DNA of 64,000 nt from Dicyema japonicum (Eukaryota; Animalia; Dicyemida): contig RDEW01000013.1 in NCBI GenBank assembly GCA_011109175.1, positions 227,476-291,475 of the forward strand, written 5' to 3'. A program made the position numbers and the translations under genes. The notes beneath the pieces were generated by a model that was not told where the DNA came from, searched no databases, and saw only the letters and a list, made by a program, of their open reading frames with translations. Positions 40,022 to 51,372 of the stretch are shown piece after piece; positions within the stretch are counted from its first letter, which is position 1, and every line of letters begins with the position of its first letter.

Positions 40022-40192
40022 TTTTAAGCACTCCCGCGTTGCCATAAGCATGTAAAATGCCTAGGGTTTCGCTCGTGCAGAACACACACTTTTATTTAAG
40101 TAAAGAACAGTTATTATAACTAATCGTAGAGGGATCGTAGAGGGAGAACCAAGGAATGCTCTTCACTTTTTTGTTTTCTTTTTCTTGGGTGT
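40022..40192 (-). mobile_element. 5'-truncated SINE copy with 12-bp TSD
   Basis: Reverse complement matches the SINE 3' body. ATGTGTCAGATT at 40010-40021 and 40193-40204. Confidence 0.75.
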
Positions 40193-40880
40193 ATGTGTCA
40201 GATTATTCTAATATTGATGACTTGTGTTAGTTAGATATTCTGGTGGGTTTGGTAATTTCTATTTATTTTACAAAAACGTGATTATTATACATAGTGGGGA
40301 CGATGTAAGACCACAGAATTTGGATGGCGCAATTGATCGCGGGAACTGGAACCCCTAACTGTTTGACGTTTTTTTCGTCTATCTTTCACGGTGAACATGG
40401 GGTTCTAAATAAATGACTTATTCCACTTAACTCCTCCAGATCATCGTCATACCCTCACTGAGATGCCATTCTAACAGGTTGTTTAAGGGGAACTCCTTTT
40501 CAGAGGTTTTTACTCAATTTTTGCGATCAATGAGCTAGAGTGCATTGAATTGAAAAACAAATCGAATCCTCTAATATATTTTACTTTTGACATTTTTGAT
40601 GCCATAAATTCTTTAGAACTTCAGGAGTATGCATCTACACTTAGTGGCAGTATAAATTAATAGGAAAATCTCGAATAAATAAAATTAGAAAAACAGGTTA
40701 TAGAAAATTTAAGACACTTAAGTCATCACAACTGTTACAATGAAAGTAGCATCTGTAAATTTAATTAATTTATTTTAATTAAATAACCCTTAAGGTGGCT
40801 ATGTTAGTAATTGATTGTTCATGGAAAACTCGTGCTAAACAATTAAGATTTCTAATCCATAATTTCAATATTTTTAGCCC

Positions 40881-42206
40881 ATTTTCTGATATTCATATCA
40901 ACTGAATGTTATATGCATATATGGTGCTTCATGCTTGACTAGTGCCGCTGTACTAAGTATACCCTGCTGTGTATAGGAAATCAGAGGCAAATAAAAGAAA
41001 AAACAAGTTAAAAACATGTCTTGGCCCTTTCTACAATTATTTAACATAACTGTTCTTTAAGCATGCCATACACGTGCGTAGCTATAATTATTATTAGCCC
41101 AAAGTCTCTAATTATTTGTTTCCTTATTCTACATCGAAATAACAATTTGTCTACGTGTAATGTAATTCTAATTAGAAATTCAAAGATTTCCAAATTATTA
41201 AAGAGGAAAAATCCCGGATTAGAGAAAATTAATGGTTAGAGCTCTTCGTGGTCTGAGATATCCTCAGATTGCTTTTCGACGTTTCTAAGAATTCACTGCT
41301 TTTTGCATTCAATTCTGAGATATCAATGTGACCGTCCTTTAATCATAAAATATTAAAACATTGTTTGTGTCGATGGATTTTAAAATTTGAGAAGCCTGAT
41401 CATCAAAATCCTGTGAATTGATAATAATATTCGGTCAATTCATCCACATCAACATAGTTGTCGTTGTTTTTGTCAATAACATCGACATCTTTGTTTTCAG
41501 AAAAGTTGTCGAATTTGTCTAGATTAATGCATTTGCTTAGTTACCCTTATATTCTTCCAGGGTTAGCCTTCCATCAGTGCCCAATTTGAAAAAGCTCTAA
41601 AATGAAGATCAAAATAACCTGAACATATAATTCTATGAGTTTTCTATTTTCTCTTGGATTTATGAGAACTCGGAATTCATCTTTGCTGAGAAAACCATCA
41701 GAATTTTGATCAAGCAATTCGAATTCAACTGAAGAATTTATTTCTCCATCTAAAAAATTCCATGACCTATATTACCTCGGTAATTATGAAAATTTTCAGA
41801 ACTAATTCCTTGTTCAGTTGGTTTCATGCTTTTGTATTCTTCCTCTACTTCGGATTCTGTTTCGTTCTTATCCAATTCCCTAACCCAATCGGCAATTTCT
41901 TGTCGATTGAGTTTATCATCTGAATCTTTGTCTACAACCATTAAATATCTAAATGCTGATTAATATTCACTCTATTCTCTTCAAAACTGAGCTTTCATCC
42001 GTTACATTAAATTCTCCAAGAAGAAATCTCATATTCATCATTTCATCACTTTCCTATAATATTGCAAATATGAGTTTACAGTTTCATTAGTATTACAACT
42101 GATTATTGGGACAAGGAATAACAACTTTAAAATCATTTTTGATAATGACGCCCTAAAATCTATACTAATTTATTTTGATTTAGGTTTTCCATTCTAAAAA
42201 TAAATT
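40881..42206 (-). repeat. Left arm of 1.33-kb inverted duplication (partner 56240-57566)
   Basis: Near-identical reverse complement. Contains EF-hand gene copy 3 and a degraded SINE piece. Confidence 0.95.
41236..42136 (-). CDS. CREC-family EF-hand protein, copy 3 (frameshifted, possible pseudogene)
   Basis: Signal peptide MILKLLFLVPIISC, EF loops, ends SDHEEL*. -1 in a T6 run near 41752 and a 2-nt deletion near 41420 relative to copy 4. Confidence 0.7.
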
Positions 42207-42299
42207 TTAAAATATTAATAATATTTAATTATTGGCAGGATCGAAATATCATAGACAATTCTTTTGATAAAAAAAATGAGGAGATAAATTCAAATCTCG

Positions 42300-42760
42300 A
42301 GACGGTTCCCGGATCCTGAAAGAAGTGCCAGATACCTATAGACAACAACTTGCAAAGGTAAAGAATTATATCATCTGTTGAGTATTCCAAAGGCATACAA
42401 AATGAATTTGTTGAAGAGGAGTCATCCTCGCTTCTGGAGGGGCCCTTTGTGTAAACGATTTCTATGGAGGAGATAATTCTTTTTATTAAACCTGATTAGT
42501 TACATTTAAACTGACAAAGTGTATTGTTTTTCAATTTTGTCATAAGGAAGTCTCATTCAAATATTTATTAACCCCAGGTTAACAATATTTAGTAAGCCCA
42601 GCACAAACAGTCACGGATAATTAATCTAAGGAAGAAGTTCTGTTTATGCTGACCAAATCCATCCTACAATTAGTTTAGTATTGGTTTCGCTTCATACGAG
42701 AAGTGAGAAGTAGGTCCGCCCTCTTCCATTTTCGTCACACGTTCTACCAGGAGAAAGTAG
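42300..42760 (-). pseudogene. Remnant of the discoidin-like family
   Basis: 42560-42680 closely matches 17535-17650 (ttaaccccagg...gtaagcccagcacaaacagtcac...gaccaaatccatcct). Confidence 0.55.
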
Positions 42761-43039
42761 AATATCCCTTTCAACTACTGTGTCGTGTCAGAAGGATTTG
42801 TCGCTTCACGGGTGGGATCTGTTTACAAGAAAAGTCTATCATTCCGATTCGATCTCTAGACTGTTGCATACGATTTCATTAGACGTTTCGTTCTCCCAAA
42901 AAACTTATTCTTACTATAACACGTGCTTGTTTATTAATAACAAAAAGAGTTAATCTGTGTGAAAGTGTAGTGACTCAAAGCTTACAGTCTAACTGATTCT
43001 CCCGTGGCTCTTACAGTCTAGCTTGCATTGCCTAACTGA

Positions 43040-43500
43040 CTTAAATCAAATATTTATTCCAAGACCACCGTTAAGACGAAAAAACAAACAATTGATCCCG
43101 ACAAATTAATCCAGGCTCTCAGCTGGTTCGATGCTCCTCCCTCGATTCTACACAAGCTCGTTGAGGTTAGGTTTTCTCCTAATAACGTTTGATCAGTTTT
43201 CCTCCGTTACTCCTTCAGATAAGGATCTCCAAGAATGTAGGTATCACATTCCTTTTGTCCGTAGACTATTTCTCTGTCATTCAAAAGTCCATTTGTGTAG
43301 CGCGATTTTTAGTGCATTAGTCCAAGAGATGTAAGGTCCTCTTGAGGCACATGCATAGAGAATGCAAGTTCAATGTAATGGGAGTAAAGTGTTATTAGTA
43401 TTGGATTGTTTCTGATTTTTCATAGTCCGTTAGCCTTTCAGCAGGTTTATTTTTTCTTACATTTGTTTAACACATTTCCAACTGCCAATTCATTTATTTA
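43040..43500 (-). mobile_element. 3' fragment of Ingi/Vingi-like LINE
   Basis: GGGATCA end motif on the minus strand near 43095. Upstream degraded RT thumb region. Confidence 0.5.
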
Positions 43501-43544
43501 ACTCCAACTAGCTTAGAGAATCACATATGCGCATCATAGATTAT

Positions 43545-45555
43545 TTAAATTTAGCGTGGCGTCATGTGGCTCACCGTATGCAACAACTCTGGAGGCGCTT
43601 AAAATGCTCCTAAAGCATTTCCTAAAAAAGCCATTAGCTCTCTTCCACCGGGGGTACATGTCGTCCCCGGTCGACGGATTACTGGTCTGGCTACAACTTC
43701 TCGGATTCGCAACCTACACAAGTCAAAGGACCGGATCTCCGTTATAAAACTGAATGTGAACGGAATAAAAGGCAAAATTATTAAACTTAGAACTCTGATT
43801 GTTAAACTTAAAGCTGACATCGTGCTTATTCAAGAATAGAAGCTATCAGCAAAAGATATGATACTACACTCCTATTTCCCGGATACAACATAATACTTGC
43901 CGAGCGTAGAGGAGGACTACTTACATTAATCAGAAAAGACATAAAGTATGAGGACCATACACTCGAAGCGAAGAAACTTTTTGGGAGTGATGAAACCACG
44001 GAGACAATCAGAATATCTTTTGGCACAACAAAAGGAAGACTATATTTTGTAAACAAGTATATTCCGCCTCCGGGTTCATGTCCGAAACATTACACTATGC
44101 CGGACTTATCAGCACTAGAGAATCGGAACGAAGTCGTGATATGCGGCGATTTGAATTCCAAACACCCTCTCTGGCTGTTAAATCAGTCTGCAGATACAAG
44201 AGGAAATATGCTGTTGACGCAGTCTGGCAATCTAACAATCATCAATGACCCATCGAAAAACACAAGAACACCTCAAAGGAACTCTGACAATCCAACCTTC
44301 TCAGATATCACACTCTGTTTACCACAGCTTTCAACAACGATTAATTGGTCCGTCATCTACGACACCCGAAGTGATCATAACACTATTCTGCTAAAAATCA
44401 AAAGCGAAATTACCAGTGGAAAAAAAACCTGCATATACAATCTTGCAAATTGGCAATTATTCCGATTAATTACAGACTAACATTTGGCTAATATACAGCT
44501 GGAAAACTTTACCTCCTTGATATAGTAGTCGCCTATGTCAACAAAGTCATCCTGGAAGCAAGAACAATTGCTGTCCCTAAAAGATGTGTCGTTCACTCTA
44601 GAGAGTACGGAAGGAAGACTCTGGTCTAGGAATGAAACCGTCTTAAAAAAGCAGGGATCTGTTCCACCGAAGCAAGAATCCGTCTAGAGGTGCTGAACGA
44701 GGAAATAAAAGCCAATGAATTCAAAATACAGAGAGCTAAATGGAAGATGGTCCTTACGTCATTAAATCGTTACTGGTCAACATCCAAAGTCTGGAAGACA
44801 ATTCAAAATATCTCGAAGGTAGAGAGACACCCGGAAATGACGAATTCAGCCAAAAGGACCTAAACGCCCTAATAAAATACTACGCGAAAATCTCTCACAA
44901 AACCCACGTATGTGGACTGATTCACCCAAACCGCCGCTAAGAAAACCGAAAAGGGATAAATTAACTTATTTCACGGAAAAGGAGGTAATGGTATCCCTAA
45001 ACCAAACAAAAGTAACACATTCTCATGGTCTAGACGGAATTCCCATAATCCTCCTGAAAAACCTAGGCAATGAGGGAATCGGTAGCCTGACCAAAATCTA
45101 CAACTGGTCGATTAATTTTAACTCAATCCCAACAATATGGAAACTTGCAAACATTCGACCAGTTTTGAAGTCAGGAAAACCGAAAGAACACCAAGCTTCC
45201 TTCAGGTATTTCTCTCATATGCTTCATGTCAAAAATTCTGGAAAAGCTTATCCTCGCATAAATCACTGAAAAAACTCCTGATAAACCGTTCCAGCATGGT
45301 TTCAAAAAGGATCGGTCCACAACGAGCTTCCTCACATCCCTGACTAACTTTATTCGCTCTGGATTATGTATAAACCAAGACACCAGAAAACTGTGTTATG
45401 CTCACTGGACGTCCACAAAGCTTTCGACTCTGTGCCGAGGAAGAACCTAACATGGAAAATCTACCAATCAGATATCCCTGAAAACCTCAAAAGCTGGCTG
45501 ATGAACTTCCTTAGCGGACGAAGAGCCTTTCTATCTTCGATATATGCTTTCAGTG
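43545..45555 (+). mobile_element. Ingi/Vingi-like LINE (5' end to mid-RT), degraded
   Basis: 5' motif GCGTCATGTGGCTCACCG, APE (LNVNGIK, CGDLNSKH, SDHN), RT (GLDGIP, LDVHKAFDSV). Breaks off before YADD. Confidence 0.85.
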
Positions 45556-45559
45556 GTCT

Positions 45560-46200
45560 CACACGCCAGATCCTATGCTAAATTAACTGATCGGACGCTG
45601 AAACAGTGGAATGCATGGCTCGGGAGTCTGGCGCAACTGAGTGTCGGATTCCCGAAGAACGCAAATAAACATCGAGAATGGGACAAGTTTTTATGCTCAA
45701 AGATCAAAGAAGAGATAAAACCTGTGCTTGATTAGCATCGTCTTGCTTGTCTGACATCTGCATCGACGAACGAGAGTGAAGCATGGCTCAGAGCATTACC
45801 ATGTACCTCACTTGGGACATTTTGGGTGACGAGGCGAAGACGATTATGGTTTCCATCATCCTCGGAATGGATGTTTGCACGATCCATCACTGTAGATATG
45901 GGAAAATGATCTACGCGAAAAATCTTTAAGCTCTTTCCTGCAGGAGGAATGCTAAAAGGAGTTCAAGACACACCGAAATCAACTGAGTTATTGCTTGGGG
46001 GCTTAAGCTGCTGAATTTCCTGTCCAATTCTAGTCGCTCGGAGTCGGCCCAGCCAACCAAAGACCAGACGGAACTACTCTCTTATCATTAAAAAGCGGTA
46101 TATACCTTGCATGGGACGCCACATGTGTCGATAGCCTCTCTTTTTCCAACCTTGCAACGACAGTAACCAACCCAGACTCTCCTTCGGGAAGGCTGAGACC
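45560..46200 (+). mobile_element. CRE-like (RLE) non-LTR element fragment
   Basis: RLACL...ESEAWLRALPCTSLGT and RPDGTTLL..KSGIYLAWDATCVD, homologous to 30820-31130. Confidence 0.7.
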
Positions 46201-47625
46201 CTAAATATAAAAAATTACGCATGTCTTGGTGGATAGTTTATTTTTGAATCAGTCTCCATGGAAACGTCAGGAATTATAGGAAACAGGTCACTGACCCTGC
46301 TAAACAGAATTGGCTCGCTCATAGCCAGGAAAAAAAATTATAGGAGAGAAACGAGTTGGCTCATTTAGTGCATTTCATTGCAAATCGTCAGGGGAAATGT
46401 TTTCTCAATTATAAGAGTATTCAGCAGTTGTTAACTGTTGGATTTTGCGTTAATAAAAATTTGGTTTATATAAATCAAATAGAGTATTATTATGCACCAA
46501 TCTATTCGTCGTTTGTGTGATGGTTCTCAGGGTTTCATGTTCGGGAACAAAAAGATCCCAGAAGAAAAAAAAGAAACAAGGCGTGAGATGAAAATAGTGC
46601 GATGAAAGTTTGACAGACTCATTTTTTTTGCAAAACTTGATATTTTATATGATATATCGGAAATTCGAGAAAAATCGCATTTTCGGTCTCCGTAATTAAG
46701 ATATTTTAGAAATCCGTGGGAATTACTACCATTGTTTGGGTAAAGTCGTTTTCTGTACAAGCAAAATTGATAGTTAGAATTTTAATGGATTTGACTTTGT
46801 TTAACTGTTGCGACATCGAAAATTCTTCCCTAAAAACAATGTGAAAGATAAACCGTATTAGCGGTTTAGGTTCCAACTAAGTTTCGGGATCTCTCGAGAT
46901 TTGCCTCTATAAACCAATCTTTGGGAATGCTATGGACCTATTGCAGAGATCCAACATGTCTACTTTTCTAAATTCATTACAATATTTCTGAAAACAATTA
47001 TTTTCATGCAAACACAAGTTCGTGTACGTTATTTAAAATCTTTGCCAGAATAATGTTGTTTTCATTAAATTGATTAGAATGTTCCTTATATCGGCAGTGA
47101 TGGAAATTACAAGCCAAGTTAATCATAGTTCGAGCATTGTATTCTGTCAGATAAATAATCTTCCGGAGTGTCTCTTTAGCCTATTCTGAAAAAGTAAATC
47201 GAAAAGTTAACAAGGGCAAAGTACGCGGTGCTACCCAAGGATTTTTTGTTTGATTCTCTCACTATTGAGATGTCTGGTTCCCTTTCCTGCCACGCTGGAA
47301 TTATTGAGTCTTCTAGGAAATATGATTTCCGCACGAACAGGAGATTCCAGTGAGCGCTGCTGGTAATTTGAGCGAAATTTTTTATTCAAATAAAGTTACA
47401 GAAATTGTCGCCAATACTGGTTTTCCTGCAATACGAATAATGTATAAAATTAAACGGAAAACCAATTACGATCGTTTTTAGTGAATATTGTATTGGAAAA
47501 GAACATAACCCTGTGAGGAGATGTATAATTTTTTGATTATCTGCCAAGAGTAGATCTTACTAAAAGAATGCCAAATATATATCTTCTGGTAAAACTTCAC
47601 CAAGGTCAAAAGTCAATTAATATTA

Positions 47626-50600
47626 TTATTAAAGCACTTTCACGAAAGCCATAATGATTATAGCCCCGCATGTGCAACACTCAAAGAAACAATATTTATA
47701 GTTAGTCTTTTCCATCTTCCTCTGTCGAATGCGAGTGATCTCAATTCGTCCAGGTCGTCTCCCGTCTTTAGATTTTTTCTCACACGATTTAAGTCTTTGT
47801 TTAGGGCTGTCGGAAGTGTCGATCTAGGTCGTCCGCGGAAGGGTTTTTCGCATCTGTCAAAGTAATCTTCCATCGCTTTGTTAGCGGGTGCGTCCGGGTT
47901 CATTCTTAGTACATGCCCAAATAGCCTCCACCGGGCATCTATCACATCCTTGCTGATGTAAGAACACATACACTTGTTGTAGATACCAGTGGTTGATATT
48001 CTACGTGGCCACTCCATTCCGAGTAAGCTTCTTAGTTGCCTTCTATGGAACGAATCCAGTTTCAATAGTTCGTTGAAGGAACTTCCCCATGTCCCAGCGT
48101 TATACAGTAGGATCGGTTTCACAAACGCGTTGTAAAGCCTGCATCTGATGTCAATTCCAAGTCCTTTGGCCCTTAGCCATCCTTTCTTCAGTTTAGCCAT
48201 TGCCGCATTTGCCAGTGTTTTCCTCCTCAGTACATCTTCAGCGTCTCCTAGTAGAGAGCCGAGCTTATTAGTACGTCTCCATCTTTCTTGAGTAATATCG
48301 TCTTCTCTTTTGATTTCCGTAATTTCAGTTTTGTTAACATTTACGCTGAGAAACCATTTCTCAAGCTCCGCAGGTGCATTTTCTAGCAGGTGTTGGAGTG
48401 CGGTCACATCCCGTGATACAAAATCCACATCATCCGCATAAGATGTCTCTTCTATGTCTCCTATATAGCATTTACGGAGGTCGCGGAGTGCAGATTCAAG
48501 GTATATGGTGAATCACCCTGGGGTGTCCCAATCGTTGTTTTGAAACTGCGGGAAGTTGCTCCTTCTGTCCTCACAGATAGTCTTGTGTTCGCAAGTAGTA
48601 GTCTGATTATCCTAACCGACGATTCATCCAATATTTGCTCAAGCACATTCATCAGTTTCTGTCTGTTTATTGAGTCGAAAGCTCTGGAGAGATCTATTCC
48701 CAACACGGTTGTTGCGCTCTTGAATCTTTGGTGCGTTGCGCAGCGCCATCTGTGGCTCCATACAATGTCTGCCGTAGACCTCCCTTCTCGGAACCCACTT
48801 TGACTTGCTGGTAGGTATAGATTCGCCATACCCTTTATCCGGCTTAGTGCAATGTTTGCCAGCACCTTGCGTATCGAATTCAGAAGTATTATCGGGCGGA
48901 GATTTTCTACTGGTCCTTTTGATTTGTTCGGTTTTTGTATGGGTATTAATAATCCATTTCCAAGTCCTAGATCGGTATTAGTTTCAAAGACGGCATTTAG
49001 GGTTTTTGCAATTGTGTCGCTAAGTTTTTTTGGCTCATATTTTAGGAGCTCAGGGCTTATGTTGTCCGGCCCAGCACTCTTGTTGTTCTTCAGTTTATTT
49101 ATCGCTAATTCCACCTCTTCCACTGTGATTGGGATTTTTAGCGCCTTTGCTTTTCCTTGGAAAGGTGGAAAGTCATTATTTTCTTTATTCAACAGTGTTT
49201 CGAAGTGTCGTGCAATCAATTCTGCTTTTTTTTCGGGTTACCCACGAATTTTCCATCTTTGTCTTTGATGTGAAGGATGTTTTGTCCTTTCTTTGTCCGC
49301 AGCAGCCGCAAAGCCGCATACATCCTTGAATTGTCTTTTAGACATTCCACATCTTTTAATAGGGATGTAATAATTTTGTTTTCTGTTCATCTTTTTGATT
49401 TTCCACTTTAGTTCCCTTTGTTGGATATTAAGCTCTTTTTTTTACTCTCGTCTGACGTGTTTGCCGCTTTTAGTCGTAGCTCTCTGCAATGCTTTGCCAT
49501 ATTTGGCACGTTCGGGTGGTGATCCAATTTTAGGGCGTGATGATTTCGGACTCCAAGGCATATTTTGGCCGACTTGGAGATTGCCTGTTTTGTTTGATCC
49601 CACAGAGTTCGTACTGATGATTCCGGTGCGGTTTTCACCATAAGAGTCTCGATTTGTTCGTGATATTTAGCTCTACAAGTTGGCTCTAACCACAATTTTT
49701 CTGTCTGAAAGTATATATTGGGTCTTTGTCTCGCCTTCTTCGCGTTTTCAATGTATTTTTTCCCAGTCAGGTGCTTTTTTACACAAAGTTTTGCAATGAC
49801 GATCCTGTGGTCGCTGTCGGTTGTTGTTCCCTGGTAGGAACGTGCATCATTTATCAGGTGTTTATCAGACTTTCGGCAGATAATGTAGTCGATTTGATTA
49901 TATATATTCACGGTCTCTCCGACAGAGTTTTTTCTTTGTCCGTGCCACGTCGTCTTGTGGCAAGCTGAGTGCGTAAAGGCCGTGTTGCACAGGAAAAGGC
50001 TATTTGCCTCGCAGAAGTTTACCAGAGAGGCTCCAGATGCATTTCTCCTTCCGCGCCCGTGTCTTCCAATAGAGGATTCTTCGGGCCCCATTCGCATTCC
50101 GGCCTTTGCATTCATATCTCCCGCAACAAAGACAAGAGACGAGGAAGCATTGTTAGAGTATGTGCTTGATAGTTCTGAGTAGAATTCCTCGAGTTCACTG
50201 GGGTTCTTGATTACTCGTCCACAGTGTGGTGCATAGACATTTATGACGGTTAGTAGACTCTTGGACGGGCATAGTTCATTTAGTTTGACTTGTAGGACAC
50301 ATATTCGGTCGTTGACTCTCCAATAGCGATGTAATTTTTTGAGGTAATCCACGTGTAGGGCAAATCCCATGCCGTAGTGCTTGCATTCAGTTGGGAAGAG
50401 AATCAGTCGGTAGTTGTTCCATGTCTCATCGCGTCCATTTTCGATTTTCGTCTCTTGTAGGCAGCCAATAGATATTTTGTATTTCTCGAGATCGTCACAA
50501 AGTACTTTCCTTGTCCAATCTTTCGATATTCCACGTACGTTGAACGTCATTAGCCTGAGTTCTCGATTGTATGATGAGTGTTTTTCAGACATTTTTCTTA

Positions 50601-50642
50601 ACCGTTGTACAGAGAAGAAACGAGGCACGTCACCACCTCACC
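47626..50642 (-). mobile_element. Near full-length RTE-clade LINE with 17-bp TSD
   Basis: APE (ORF 49408-50628) and RT (48461-49219, 47658-48428), (TAA)n tail. AAAGTCAATTAATATTA at 47609-47625 and 50643-50659. Poly-A frameshifts plus a deletion in the PQGDSLSP motif. Confidence 0.95.
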
Positions 50643-50673
50643 AAAGTCAATTAATATTAACTATAACATTACT

Positions 50674-50993
50674 GGCGGTGGTTAGTTGTTGGGCTAAAGT
50701 GACTTATGTTACGGGTTCGATTCTCGCTGCTGTTCACCTGGTGGAAGGTTCCACGCATCTACGATGCCAAAAAGGTTTGACGAGTGACGCCGTCATCAGT
50801 GGATACTCACTGCGGAACTGGATTGTCTAGAAAGGACCCACACACAAGAAAAAGAAAAAAAGAAGTGAAGATCTTGGTTCTACGATTAGTTAAAATTAAC
50901 TGTTCTTTACTTAAAGTGTGTGTCCTGCCTATGCGGAGCTATAGATATTATTGCTCTCGTGAAAAGGCTATTATTATTTTTATTATTATTTAT
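50674..50993 (+). mobile_element. Full-length tRNA-derived SINE (320 bp) with 12-bp TSD
   Basis: A-box-like GGCGGTGGTTAG (50674-50685), B-box GGTTCGATTC (50714-50723), (TTA)n tail. TATAACATTACT at 50662-50673 and 50994-51005. Further copies at 35.5, 40.1, 41.0 and 57.4 kb. Confidence 0.85.
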
Positions 50994-51372
50994 TATAACA
51001 TTACTATAGTTATTATGGAGACGATAATTTTTTCATAGGGGCGATATAAAAAAGTTTGAGAAAAACAGGTCTTGACGATTGATATGAAAATATTTACATA
51101 CACATTTTTGATGATGTGAGTGGCAAAACATAATAAAAATTTTATAATCATGTCTATTTTAAGAAATTAAAATGAACTAATAACTGATCGAAGGTTATCA
51201 TACATAAAAAGTAAAATGACAAAACGTTAAATAATTGATGATAGATTATTAAACAATAAGAAACAAGATTTTTAGATATTTTGAAAAATAAAATTAAAAT
51301 TGGTTATTTTTAAAATAATAAAATAAAAATAATATTAGAATTTATAGTAAAATGTAATTATTTGAACTATTA

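Noticed and set aside
43550-43640. HDV-like ribozyme at the LINE 5' end
   Set aside because: A possible P1 exists, but I could not place P3/L3, P1.1 GG or J4/2. Left only as a test suggestion.
46300-47600. Possible gene or hAT remnant on the minus strand
   Set aside because: Many stops in all frames and no motif I could identify with confidence.
50774-50815. CTGATGA on the minus strand of the SINE body, suggesting a hammerhead ribozyme
   Set aside because: No GAAA follows the putative stem II (it reads TCAAAC), and the motif is antisense to the Pol III orientation.
48540-50830. Plus-strand ORFs (48540-48803, 48852-49268, 49726-49968, 50414-50830 and others)
   Set aside because: Antisense shadows of the RTE coding sequence with no recognisable motifs.
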